A stretch of 64,000 nucleotides of DNA, taken from assembly GCA_951406725.2 (NCBI GenBank), contig OX597838.1, forward strand, positions 23,870,001-23,934,000. The letters are read 5' to 3'. The position numbers and the translations under genes were made by a program. This document shows, in pieces, positions 40,634-54,396 of the stretch. The notes under the pieces were generated by a model. It ran no database searches. It was not told the DNA's origin and saw only the letters and a list, made by a program, of their open reading frames with translations. Positions within the stretch are counted from its first letter, which is position 1, and every line of letters begins with the position of its first letter. The stretch comes from Octopus vulgaris. Its lineage: Eukaryota.

Positions 40634-40750
40634 TTGCTTATTTAATTTCTCTGAAGAATTTCTAATAGGCAATTCCTCACATGCCTATCCTTCATGTAAA
40701 ACTCTGTAATTCCTATTAGCAAATGAAACATGTGTAATGGTGAATAGCAA
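40634..40750 (+). ncRNA. Type-I hammerhead motif with long helix II
   Basis: CTGAAGA-ATTTCTAATAGG...CCTATTAGCAAAT-GAAA-CATGTG-TA; helix I imperfect proximally, distal TTGC-TATTTA/TGAATA-GCAA. Confidence 0.65.
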
Positions 40751-40845
40751 TAAATTTTCCAGCTTCCTGTTTTGTTTTATATTTACTCACATACACATAA
40801 ATAAACACACATACACATATATACATAGATATACATATACACATG

Positions 40846-40899
<54 letters not shown>

Positions 40900-41204
40900 A
40901 ATATACATAGATATACATATATACATGCACATATATATATATATACACACACACACGCGCACATATATATATATATATACATATAGTCACACACATATAC
41001 ATACACACCCGCACATAAATATATATATATATACACACACAGACACATCCATATACATACACACACGCACATAAATATATATATATATACACACATCCAT
41101 ATACCTACACACTCAAATATATATATATTTAAACAGACACAGATACATATATATATATATTTAAATAGACACAGACATACATATATATATTTAAATAGAC
41201 ACAG

Positions 41205-41325
<121 letters not shown>

Positions 41326-41542
41326 CATGTTTGTGTCTATATGTGTATGAATATGTACATACGTATGTGTATATATATATATATTTGTATATTTGTGTGG
41401 ATACATACAACTTCTTTTTCCTACATGGGTGGGAGGAGAGAAGAGTCTGTTTTGAACACCTTCTGGAACATGTAGAACGTTAAGAAAATTGGACAAAAGC
41501 TGAATGAAAGATGCTAGACAACAACAGCCAGTTTAGATAAGG

Positions 41543-41582
<40 letters not shown>

Positions 41583-41681
41583 ATGCAAGAAGGGGTGATG
41601 ATCAGATGTGAAACGAACTAAACATGCCATTAAGTCAACGATTCACATTTTACGTCATTGGCTTCTAGCTTTTATACTCAC

Positions 41682-41757
41682 CATGAGTCTCCTACTGGAC
41701 ATAACTGGTTCATTTTCACTGGTGGTGGTCACTCGTTGCCGTTGCTTAAGATGAGCT
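41682..41757 (-). other. Candidate 76-nt exon of the minus-strand host gene
   Basis: Acceptor TTCTTCTGTTAG| and donor ATG|GTGAGT in a unique-sequence island between GA repeats. Confidence 0.4.
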
Positions 41758-42641
41758 CTAACAGAAGAATTACTGCACACGCCTCCACCTAATGGCTTTC
41801 TCTCCCTATCTCTCTCTTTCTCTTTGTATCTCCAAATATTTCTCTTTTTCTTTCTCTCTCTCTCAAGCCTGCCTTTCTTTCTTACATCCTTTCTTTCTGG
41901 TCGTCTTTCATTCTTTCCCTCTCTCACGTCTGCCTTTCCTTTTTACACCCTTTCTTTGTATCTTCCTTTCTTTCTCTCCCTCTCTCTCGCTCACTCTCTC
42001 TGAATATATTTCTCTGTTTCTTTCTCTCTCTTACATTTCCTTCTCTTTCTTTCTTTCTTTCTATCTTCCTTTCTCTGTCTATGTTTTTATTTTCTGTTAT
42101 CTTGTTTGTCTGTCTTTCTTCTTTTCTTTTTTTCTTCCTTCCATTTTTTCTTCCATCCTTTCATCATCTTCATCTCTCTCTCTCTCTTCCCCCCTTTATT
42201 TGTTTCTCTCCGTCTCCCTTTCTTTTTCCCCCCTCTGTTTTCTTTTCTGTCTATATTCATCTCTCTGTCCCTCTCACACACACATACACACGCACACACA
42301 GTCACATATATATGTCACACCTGCTAATAAACACAGGAGCCTGTAGGCAGTCACTGAACATCTAAGAAATAGCAGCCAATCAACCTCTCTATCAATTAAA
42401 TATCACAAACTCAAAAGAAAAGGAAAAGACACAGACAATATACAGTTAGAAGGACAAAAGAGAAAACTACAGATGAGATGGCCATGGCTGGACTACCACA
42501 ATCAGAGGATAGTTCTGCTCAGTTGAGGCTGAGGCTAAGCAACACACACACACACTATAGAAAAGACACTATAACCCACAAAGAGAAATACATACACAAG
42601 CTTAATAACACACACTCACACACAAGACCAATCACAAATGC

Positions 42642-42684
<43 letters not shown>

Positions 42685-42965
42685 GCTTCACAATGCATAA
42701 TAACACACACAAGCCCATATATACATTCATGTATATATACATCGATAATGTAACAAAGGCGACGTTTATAGGAATTGTTTGTATGGGCGTGTATAGAAAT
42801 GTGTGTATGGTGTGTATACATATATATATATAATATATATATGGTGTGTATAGGCATGTTAAACAATGAAGAATTGAATGCAAATTGTAAGGTATTCCAT
42901 TGACCTCGAGAGGTTCTTGTTGACAAATTCCATCACAATTTCGATAATAATAATAATAATAATAA

Positions 42966-42998
<33 letters not shown>

Positions 42999-43089
42999 TA
43001 ATAATAAATAATAATCAGCGGTGGTGCCCCAGCATGGCCGCGGCCTTCGGGCTAAAACATTTTTAAGGATTTTAAGGATTAATAATAAT

Positions 43090-43720
43090 AATAATAATCC
43101 TTTCTACTATAGGCACAAGGCCTGAAATTTGTGGGTAAGTCGATCACATCGATAACTCCCCCACCCCCTGAAGGGTTTCACTGGTGCTTTAATTTATCGA
43201 CCCCGAAAGGATGATGAAAGTCAAAGATGACCTCGGCAGAATTTGAACTGAGAATGAATAATAATCCTTTCTACTAAAGACACAAGGCGTGAAATTTTGG
43301 GGGCGGGGCTTAGTTGATTACATCAACTCCAGTGTTTCACTGGTACTTAATTTATTGACCCCGAAAAGATGAAAGGCAAAGTCGACCTCAGCGAAGTTTG
43401 AACTCAGAACATGAAGACAGATTAAATACTGCTAAGCATTTTGCTCAGCATGCAAACAATTCTGCCAGCTCACTGCATTAATAATAATAATAATAATATT
43501 AATAATAATAATAATAATATTTCTTTCTGCTAAAGGCACAAGGCCTGAAATTTGAGGGGAGGGGAACAGTTGATTACATTGACCCCAGTGTTTCACTGGT
43601 ATATAATTTATTGAACCCAAAAAGATGAAAAGCAAAATCAACCTCAGCGGAATTTGAACTCAGAAAATGCCATTAAGCATTTTGCCTGGCATGCTAACAA
43701 TTCTGCTAGCTCACCGCCTT

Positions 43721-43762
<42 letters not shown>

Positions 43763-45336
43763 CCTTCCTACTTTATTTCTTGATTGCCTACATGGGTCTA
43801 AACATGGAGACAGACAAGGATAGACAAAGGGATTAAGTTGGTTACATCAATCCCCAATGTGTAACTGGTACTCATTTAATCGACCCTGAAAGGATGAAAA
43901 GCAAAGTTGACCTTGGTGGAATTTGAACTCAGAACATAACAGCAGATGAAATACCACAAAGCATTTCGCCCGGTGTGCTAACGATTCTGCCAGCTCGCCG
44001 CCTTTCTACTATAGGCACAAGGCTTGCAATTTTCAGGGAGGGGCTAGTGAATTACATTGACCTCAATGCTTCTCTGGAATTTTATTTTATTGACCCTGGT
44101 GGGACAAAAGATACAGTTGACCTCAGCAGAATTTGATCTCAGAACATAGAGAGCCAGAAGAAATTAGCTAGTCAATTACATCAACCCCAGTGCTCTAACT
44201 GCTACCTATTTCATTAACCCTGATAAAAATGAAAGGTAAAGTCGACCTCAGCAGGATTTGAACTCGGGACATAAAGATAGATGAAATGTAGCTAAGTGTT
44301 TTGTTCTGTATGCTAATAATTCTGCCAGTTTGCCACCTTACTAATAATAATGACCCTTTCTACAAAAGGCACAAAGGGACCAGTTGGTTACACCAACCCC
44401 AGCGTTTCACTGGTATTTAATTTATTGACCCCAAAAGGATGAAAGGCTAAGTCAACCTCAGTGGAATTTGAACTCAGAACGTGAAGACATGAAATGCCGC
44501 TGAGCATTTCACTTGGCGAGCTAACGATTCTGTGAGCTCACTGCCTTAGTAATGATAATTATAATAATCCTTTCTGCTATTTGTAGAAGTCCTGTAGGAT
44601 GAAACAATAGCAACAATGATAATAATAATAATTATTATTTATACTCTAGGCACAAGGCCTTAAAAATTTTCAGGGAAGGGGACAAGTCGATTATAGCGAC
44701 CCTAGTGTGTAACTGGTACTTATTTCATCAACCCCAAAAAGATGAAAGGCAAAGTTGACCAGGGAGGAATTTGAACTCGGAATGTAGTGACTGGTGAATT
44801 ATTGCTAAGCATTTCGCCCGGCGTGCTAATGATTCTGCCACCTTGCTGTCTTATGATAACAGTAATAATGACAATGATGATGATGACGATGATAATAACC
44901 CTTTCTACTAAATGCAGAATGCTTAAAATTTTTGGTTATTTTATTAATCATGAAAGGCAAAGTCGACTTCAGTGGAATTTGAACTCAGAAACATAAAGGG
45001 CTACAAGAAACGCCGCTAAGCACTCTTTTTGACATACTAACGATTCTGCCATCCCTTAGCTTTCATAATAATAATATTAAAAACAACAACAACAACAACA
45101 ACAATAATAATAATAATAATCCTTTCTATAGGCACAAGGCCTGAAATATTGGGGGAGGGGGGATATTCGATTACATCGACCCCAGTGTTTCACTGGTACT
45201 TAATTTATCGACCCTGAAAGGATGAAAGGCAAAGTTGACCTCAGCGGAATTTGATCTCAGAATGTAAAGACAGACAAAATGCCACGAAACATTTTGCCCA
45301 GCATTCTAACAATTCTGCCAGCTCACCACCTTTTTC

Positions 45337-45386
<50 letters not shown>

Positions 45387-45943
45387 CCTTTCTACTAGCA
45401 GCACAAAGCCTGAAATTTGTGGGGAGGAGACTAGTTGATTACATCAACCTCAGTGTTTGCCTGATACTTAATTTATCAACCCTGAAAGGATGAAAGGCAA
45501 AGTCAACCTCGGCAGAATCAATAATAATAATTATTATCATTATTTCTACTCTAGGTACAAGGCCTTGAAAATTTTGGAGGGAAGAGGGGCTAGTCAATCA
45601 CATTGACCCAGTGAGTAACTGGAACTTATTTCATCAACCCCAAAAGGATGAACGACAAAGTCGATCTCGGTGGAATTTGAACTCAGAACGTAGCGGCAGA
45701 TGAAATACGTATTTCTTTACTACCCACAAGGGGCTAAACACAGAGAGGACAAACAAGGACAGACAAACGGATTAAGTTGATTATATCGACCCCAGTGTGT
45801 AACTGGTACTTATTTAATCGACCCCGAAAGGATGAAAGGCAAAGTCGACCTCGTCGGAATTTGAACTCAGAACATAGTGGCAGACGAAATACCGCTAAGC
45901 ATTTTGCCTGACATGCTAACGATTCTGCCAGCCCGCCACCTTC

Positions 45944-45976
<33 letters not shown>

Positions 45977-46640
45977 GTAATAATAATAATGATGATTTCA
46001 AATTTTTCCACAAGGGGAGCAATTTTGGGGGAGGGTACTAGTTGATTACATCGACCCCAGTGCATAACTGGAACATATTTCACCAACCCTGAAAGGATGA
46101 AAGGCAAAATAAATATTGGTGGAATTTGAACTCAGAACGTAATGACAGACGAAATACTGCTAAGCATTTCACCCGGTGTGCTAACGATTCTGCCAGCTTG
46201 CCACCTTCTTAATAATAATAATAATAATAATAATAATGATAATAATGGTTTCTAATTTTGGCATAAGACCAGTAATGTTTTAGGAGAGGAAGCAAGTTGA
46301 TTACCTTGACCTAGTGCTCAACTCATTCTTTACTTTCTCAATTCCAAAAGCATGAATGGCAAAGTTGACCTAGGCAGGGTTTGAACTCAGAATGTAAAGA
46401 GTTGGAAGAAATGTCACAAAGCATTTCGTTGAACGAGCTAACAATTCTGCCAGCAGCTCATCATCTTAGATTAATAGCATAATCAGAACAATGGTTCCTG
46501 ATTTCGGCACAAAGCCAGCAATTTTGAAGGGAGGCGCATAATCAATAACATCGACCTCAAAACTTCAAAGATATTTTATTACACTGATCTCGAAAAAATG
46601 AAAGGCAAAGTTGACCTCAGCAGGATTTGAACTCAGATAG
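43090..46640 (-). mobile_element. Array of about 15-16 co-oriented SINEs separated by (TAA)n
   Basis: GAATTTGAACTCAG-type B-box region recurs every ~130-300 bp, all on the same strand. Confidence 0.92.
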
Positions 46641-47759
46641 TTGGAACAAATACAAAGACAAAAACAAAACAAAAAAAAGAAAAACAGGCTACCCAATGCT
46701 CAAATGATTCTACCAATTTGCCAATATTGTTTTTCTTCGCAAAGCAGCAAGCCGGCAGAGTCATTAGCTCGGCGGATAAAATGCTTAGCGGCTTTTTATC
46801 TGTCTTTACGTTTTGAGTTCAAATTCTTCTGAGGTCAACTTTGCCTTTCTCCCTTTCGGGGTCGATAAAACAAGTACCAGTTGAGTACTGAAGTTACCCC
46901 CACCCCCAAGTTCCAAGATTGCTGGCCTTGTGCCAAAATATGGAATCAATATTTTCCTTCTTTGTGACAAGGGTGATTCAAAATAAAAACACATTGCTTG
47001 CATGTATGTGTGTATAGATAGATAGATGGATACATATATACATACATATACACTGACACAAGCATACACAATCACACACGCTTGCACACATATACACATA
47101 CATAAATGCATACATATACATAGACATTCGCATGTGTGTCTGTGTGTATATATATGTATGTATATATACATATATATTTCTATGTTTATATATATATATA
47201 TATATATATATTTCTATGTAAATATGCATATATATTTCTATGTATATATATATATATATATATATATTTCTATGTAAATATGCTTATATATTTCTAGGTA
47301 TATATACATATATATATTTCTGTGTGTGTATATATATATATATACATACATATATATATATATGCACATAGACACACATTTACACACGTGTATGTGTGCG
47401 TACAGAAGCATGCATATACAGGCACACACACATATATATATATATATGCATATACATATATATATATATATATATATAATCCACATGCACAGATGCGCGC
47501 ACGCGCGCAGTCAAAAGCATACGTAATAATTTTCCTATTATTATTATTATTATTATTATTATTATCATTATTATTATTATTATTGCCACTACTATTATGA
47601 TTGATCATCATCATTATTATTATATCATCTCAGATCGTATATATAAAAAAAAAATAATAAACAAACAAATAAAAAGACCATTTAATTGAAACCGTTTCAT
47701 TTTGATGAGAAGCCTTGAAAAATGCTGTCTTTGTTTCGACGTTCAACAGGAGAGATAAG

Positions 47760-49160
47760 AGGGGTGTGTGAGACAGTGTGAGAGGGAGGAATGGAAAGAG
47801 AGAGAGAATGAGAGAGAAAGATGAAGACGGGTTGAGCGAGAGAGAGGTAATGAGATTGAGAGAGTGGTGGAGAGAATGCGAGAGAGGTAGAGAGGTTGTA
47901 GGGGAGAGAGAGCGCAGTGTAGAGATTCAAAGAGAAAGAGAGAGAGAGAGGGGTTAGAGAAATTGTGAGAAAGAGAGAGAGGGTGTCAAGAGAGAAAGAG
48001 AGAGAGGGGTGTCAAGAGAGAAAGAGAGATTGTGGGGATGAAAGAGAGGTAAAGAGATTGAGAGAGTGGTGGAGAGAATGCGAGAGAGGTAGAGAGGTTG
48101 TAGGAGAGAGAGGGCAGTGTAGAGATTCAAAGAGAAAGAGAGAGAGGGGTTAGAGAAATTGTGAGAAAGAGAGAGAGGGGTGTCAAGAGAGAAAGAGAGA
48201 TTGTGAGAATGAAAGAGAGGTAAAGAGATTGAGAGACATGTAGAAGGATTGAGAGAGAGAGAGAGAGAGATTGAGAAAGGGGTAGAAAGAAAAATAGAGA
48301 GAAAGACTAAGATTATGAGAGAGATTGTAGGAGAAAGAGAGTAAAATGAGAAATATAGAGGGGGAGAAAAGATAGGGAGGGAGTGTGTGAGAGAGAAGAG
48401 TGTTAGAAGAGAGAAAAAGAAAGATATCTTCCCTCCCTCCCTCCCTCCTCTCTCTCTCTCTCTCTCTCTCTCTGTTTCTGTCTGTGTCAGTCTGTCTCTA
48501 TCGCTCGCCACCCTTCGTCGAAGCACATCTCGAAGATTTTGACCACAACTCCAGCGCACTGCCAGAATGAGTGTGCCATTATTGTAGAACGGGTTTCGAA
48601 TACATTAAATAGCATCGAAGAAAATAAATAAAAATATGGAAAATTAAAATATGATATAACATACAAGTAAGATGAAATAATAATAATAATAATAATAAAA
48701 AAAAGAAAACCATCAGACAGACAACAAAAAAAAAACAAAGGGAAAAAGAAAATAGATGCGATGGGGAGGGGTGGCGAGAGAAAGTGGGGGAAGAAGAAAG
48801 AGTGAGAGATAGAAAGGGAGAGGAAGAGAGGGGAAAAGAGAGAGAGAGAAGAGATAGAGAATTACAAAGAGAAAGATGGGAAGAAAGAAAAGGAAAGAGA
48901 AAGAGAAAGAGAGGGGAAGATAGGAAGAGAGAATGAAAGGGAGAGAGACAGAGAGAGAGAGAGAGGGCAAGATAGAAAGAAAGGATCAAAGGGAAACAGA
49001 GAGGGGGAAAGATAGAAAGCGAGAGAGGAAAAGAGAGAGAGAGAGAGAGAGAGAGCTAAGAAAGCAAGAAAGAAAAAAAAAATGATAGAAAGGCAGAGAA
49101 AGAGAAAGAAGCTAGAGAGAGAGAATGAAAGAAAGAGAGATAGAAAGAGAGACAAAGAGG
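47760..49160. repeat. Purine-rich (GA) low-complexity tracts including a ~200-bp duplicated unit
   Basis: GAGAGTGGTGGAGAGAATGCGAGAGAGGTAGAGAGGTTGTAGG occurs at about 47860 and 48062. Confidence 0.85.
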
Positions 49161-51515
49161 TGTGTGTGTGTGTGTGGCACATTTTTCCTTTCTTATAATT
49201 AAGTATTGGAATATTAAAGAAGCCACACTGATGAAGATGCATGGCAATGAAACATAATATCACAATAATAGCCACAACGTTTTGCTTTTCTGGTTTCTTC
49301 TTTTCTCTTATTTTTATTGGTGTTTTTTTTATTCATTTTAATATTTTGGAAGCAATTTTTTTTTTTGCTTTTGCTCTTTTGTTTATTTTTATCAATCATA
49401 TTCTTTTTTTTTTATTTATTTATTTTTGTCCCCCCCTCCCCTTCCCTACCGCCGCCGCCGCCACCAATGTCGTCTGCAAATGTTCCATTTGATTTTTCTT
49501 AGTTAAGTAAATTATATCAAAAATAAGAAAAGAATGAAAATATTTTTAAAAGAAACAATGAAAAAAACCTCATCAAAAATACGAGAGGCAATTAAAGTTA
49601 TTTGCTGTCTTTTCGTTGTGTGTGTGTGTGTGTGTGTGTCGAAGAGTTTGTATGTGTGTGTATGTGCATGTATGTGAGTTGCTTATCTGTGTGTAATTAT
49701 GTATGTGTACTTACGTATGGGTGTGCGTGTGCTTGTCTGTATGTGTATGTGTGATTATATATGTATAATTGTGTGTGTGAGTATGTGTGTCTGTGAACGT
49801 GTGATTAAATATGTGTTTGTGTGTGTACGTGTGCGTGCATGTGTGTGTGTGTGAGTATGTGTGTCTGTGAATGTGTGATTAAATATGTGTGTTTGTGTGT
49901 GTACGTGTGCGTGCATGTGTGTGTGTGCATGCTTTTTCTTATGTGTTTGTGTGTGATTATATATGTGTATGATATTGTGTGATTATGTATGGGTATTTGT
50001 GTGTGCGTGTGTATTTATATACATCTGTATTTCAGTGTCTGAAAATGTGTGGTTGTCTTAGTATGTATTAGTATGTATGAATGAATGCGTACGATTGTGA
50101 ATGTGTGCGCGTCTGCTTATATATGTGTGTGTGTGTGTTCATGCGTGTATGAGTATATGCTAATCGTTATGTATTTGTTAGTTGTGTTCCTTCGAAATTA
50201 TGTATGTATTGCAACGAATGTGTGTTTATGCGATTACACACACACCACACATACATCATACATACATACATACATACATACATACATGTGTGTGTGTAAT
50301 TATCTACTGTATTTCTGAGTGCGTGTGTTTTTATGATTATGTTCGTGAATGTGTGTGTGCGTGTGTGTGTGTGTAAACACGACACTGAGCCATTGTGCGT
50401 ATGTGAGTTTATTAGTGTTTACCATTAAAAAGAAAAATTACCCCCTTCTTCGCTTTTCATCTTTAGAAAATCAGTCGACGAATTTGCATCTCTGTATAAC
50501 ACACACACACACACACACGTATATATGTATGCAATTATGTATATTGTGTGTGTGTGTGTGTATGTATATGCATAAGCGGGTATATGTGTGTGTAATTTTA
50601 GCTTTTTTTTAAAGAGGGTTCTTGCCAAAATACATCAGAAAGGCATGTTATGTGTGTGCTTTTCGTTTGTTTGAAGCCCAACAACAGTGCGGACAAGAGG
50701 AGCAACAGAAAGGTTTACACAGAGAAATAATAATAAATAAATATATCATTATATGGGAATACATTAGAAGCACATAAGAATGCTTTTACTTATTGAATAA
50801 TTAAAAGAGAATAGAAAAATAGAAAGAGAGAGAGAGAGAATGAGAGAGGAAACACAACAACACCAAGCAATCAGAGGCAACAGGCAAATAGTTGTGGGAT
50901 AAGAAAGAGATAGAGAACAAAAATACTCGGACAGTGAAAGAAGGAAAAGCAAAAAAAAAATACCCCACAAATTATAAAAGATCTAAATGCGATTATCTCT
51001 AGCTACAAACAATTGGTCTCGACAAATAATAATAATAATAATAATGATAATAATAATAATAATGATAATAATAATGATAATAATAATAATGGTGATTAGA
51101 GATCATAAACAACACACAGCAGGCTTTTTTTTTTTTGTTGTCTAGATCGAAGCCATAAGATTTTTCAATTCATTCACTATCAACGTGAAATGCAAAGAGC
51201 GAGGAAATTTACATCATAATCCTCCTCGAACAAAGGAAATGTTTATTTTATTTTTATTATTATTTGTATTTATGTATTTGCTTATTTTATTTTATTTTAT
51301 TTTATTTATTTTTTTGTTGTTTTTTTCGTATGTGTGTGTGTGTGTGTGTTTCGGAAATGGGGTGGAAAACGAACCCTTTGAATACACAAAACCCTGCCAG
51401 TGCAATAATAAACCCGCACAGTGCAGTTGCCCGCGAAATGTCTGTATCTGACCCTACCTTATTTATATATACATAACACACACGTACAGATACATACACA
51501 AACACACATATGTAT

Positions 51516-51563
<48 letters not shown>

Positions 51564-51622
51564 TTACACACACACAGATACCTCTATACATTTATATATA
51601 AATGCACACATCTATATATATG

Positions 51623-51654
<32 letters not shown>

Positions 51655-51796
51655 CACTCATATATACATATGTACACACACACACACACATATATAGAGA
51701 GAGAAATACATACATGTATATGTACATGCATATATATATATATATACACACACACATAGATACACCTATATATATATACACACACACATAGATACA

Positions 51797-51840
<44 letters not shown>

Positions 51841-51854
51841 TAGATAGATACACC

Positions 51855-51902
<48 letters not shown>

Positions 51903-51959
51903 TAGATACACCTATATATTATATATATACACACACACATAGATACATGCATACATATA

Positions 51960-51997
<38 letters not shown>

Positions 51998-52021
51998 GAT
52001 ACATGCATACATATACCTATA

Positions 52022-52062
<41 letters not shown>

Positions 52063-52314
52063 CACACACACGCGGACGCACGCACTGACACACTCACACA
52101 CACACACACACGGTTTATTTGATAAAAATCAATGCACGAACGAGATTTGTAAACCAAACCACTATAGAAATGTATGCGTTCACAATTGCAGCCTCTCTGT
52201 TCAATACAAAGAAACACTGCAAAATCAATTTGGTTAGTAAGTAAATAATAATTAGCGAAAGGGCTATAATAAAACGGTTGGTGTAGTGTGGTTAGGGTGG
52301 GGCTTTGTCAAACG

Positions 52315-52420
52315 CGGTTGTAGGGAAATGAAGTTTCGCTTTAAAGTAAACTAAACCAAACCCCTCTTCCACCCGAGTCACTGTATCCGACGTGGAATGA
52401 GTCGGAGGATTAAATAAATA
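52315..52420 (+). repeat. ~105-bp direct repeat, second copy at 55568-55690
   Basis: GGTTGTAGGGAAATGA(A/T)GTTTCGCTTTAAAGTAAAC...TGAGTCGGAGG in both copies. Confidence 0.85.
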
Positions 52421-52985
52421 ATTCGATAGCAGCCGTTTCTCTTGTTTGTAGAAATGGTATCAATGCTACCATTCGCTTTTGCGTCCGTCCTACCCTTCCT
52501 TTTGCCGTTTCGTGCGCCCTAAAGACCCCATGCGGCCTCGCAAAGAAACGGGACCCCTAATGTTCAATTAAGGCTGATTGTAAAAACACGAATGTGTTTG
52601 TGTGTGTGAGGTGGGGGGAGGGTTTATAGTAGGAAAACATAGAAAATACAAAGGAAGTAATTATGTATATATATATATATATAAAACGTTCATATGAATT
52701 CTTCTCAATTCACACATCAGAAACCTAACAAAGCTTATTTATGTGTGTCGGTGGTTGAGAAGAACTACAATGTGTCTCCGAGAAAGAACAACACACAAGA
52801 CGTAACCACACGTAGTTGGTAGTCCTCAGTGGAGGCACAGCGGAATTTTTAAACTGGAAAGCTGTAGGAGGGTAAAAAGAAAAAGACGAAGAAGAAAAAT
52901 AGAGAGACAGAGAGAGAGAGAGGGAGAGGGGAAAAATATAAGAAAGAGGAGGGCGGGGTTTTTTACTCAATAAAGAAACACTTAC

Positions 52986-53127
52986 CTTTCAAAATTCGAA
53001 ATAATGTGAGGTCGGAGCAAGGCCCCAGTAGTAATAGTAAAACTAACACTACTGGACAGGACGGAGGTGTGAGACAAGGGACGAATAGTCTCCTTGTCTG
53101 GTCTCCAACTGACCACTCCAACATCAT
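52986..53127 (-). CDS. Probable first coding exon of a secreted or membrane protein (signal-peptide-like), phase-1 donor
   Basis: MMLEWSVGDQTRRLFVPCLTPPSCPVVLVLLLLLGPCSDLTLFRILK followed by consensus donor AAG|GTAAGT; CpG-rich unique context. Gene not identified. Confidence 0.55.
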
Positions 53128-54299
53128 CTGAAGCAACAACTTGACCGATCATTCGTCCTTAAGAAAGCTAAAAATCAGCCGAGTTTATTGAAATGGTAAG
53201 ATTATTCCTTGGGAAGCCTTTCCCCGTACTCTCCAGACCATGTCGTTTGTCTCCAACACATTGTCGTCGTCGTCGTGGTCGTCGTAGCGAGTAAAATCCG
53301 AATGTAGTTGGCCACCACTATTGGCGTGCACCTTGCAACCGAAAACAGTGAGTTGGAGGAGGGGACGGAGGAGGGAGGTAGCTCCCTTCCTCCTTCTCTC
53401 TTTCTTTTTACTGTTCTTTCTCTCTCTCTTTCTCCTTCCTTCCTCCTCTTCTTCTTCTTTCTGTCTCTCTTTCTTTCTTTCTTTCTCTCTCGTTCTCCCT
53501 CTGTTAAATTGTTATTGTGACTATATCATCATGGCATAGCTAAACACCAACATCATGCCACACACGTCGTCGTTACAGTAGCTGAAAAAAACGGCTCAAG
53601 TACGGCAGTGTCGTCATAAAATGTATTCGAAACAAACGGGTGGACTCGCGTACATCACATCACACCAGCGAGGCTGGGCGACGATAGAGAGAGAGAGAGA
53701 GAGAGAGTGAGAGAAAGGCAGACATACACGATACAGAGAGGCGGAGAGACAGACATAGAAAGATATATACCAGAGGTGGAGAGATAGATATAGACAAACA
53801 CAGACAGATAGGAAAACAGAGAGAGGTGGAGAGTGAAGGATATAGAGGTGGATATAAGGAGAGGTGGAGAGAGAAAGAGAGGGAGAGACGGGGGGAAGAG
53901 GGTGCTTTCGAGCGGGTTAGTTTCAATTCAGTTTCATAGTAGCACCATGTGGCAAAGGCAGTGTGTATTGTTATTATCGTTCATGACAAAAGCGTAGAGT
54001 TGGGGGAGAAAAAAATAACAATAATAACAACAACAACGAAAAAAACGGCTGATGAAATGGTGCCGCCGTCTCTGAAGAGGTAGACAAAGTGATTTGGCAT
54101 CAGTTCCTACTACAATTGTTGCTTTAAAAATGTAGTGGCGAGTGCTCAAACATAGTCGCCGTGAACCATCGTAGTAGTTGGCTTGACAACCCTTTCTCGG
54201 TTTACCAACTGAATTATCTCCCTTGCAATGTTACCATGGGTTGGTCGTGGGCTATTTTTTCTCTCTCTCTTTACGTTGTCTGTTTTATGTATATGTATA

Positions 54300-54396
<97 letters not shown>

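Larger units (their letters stand above)
52200..54250 (-). promoter_or_regulatory. CpG-retaining, SINE-free promoter/5' UTR zone
   Basis: CG dinucleotides visibly abundant versus CpG-decayed flanks; (CT)n/(GA)n tracts upstream of the exon. Confidence 0.5.

Noticed and set aside
49225-49265. CTGATGA...GAAA hammerhead candidate
   Set aside because: No helix I pairing and poor helix II.
53117-53152. IGQVVASDDVG as a cadherin-repeat motif
   Set aside because: In-frame stop just upstream and no other cadherin motifs (DxNDN, LDRE) follow.
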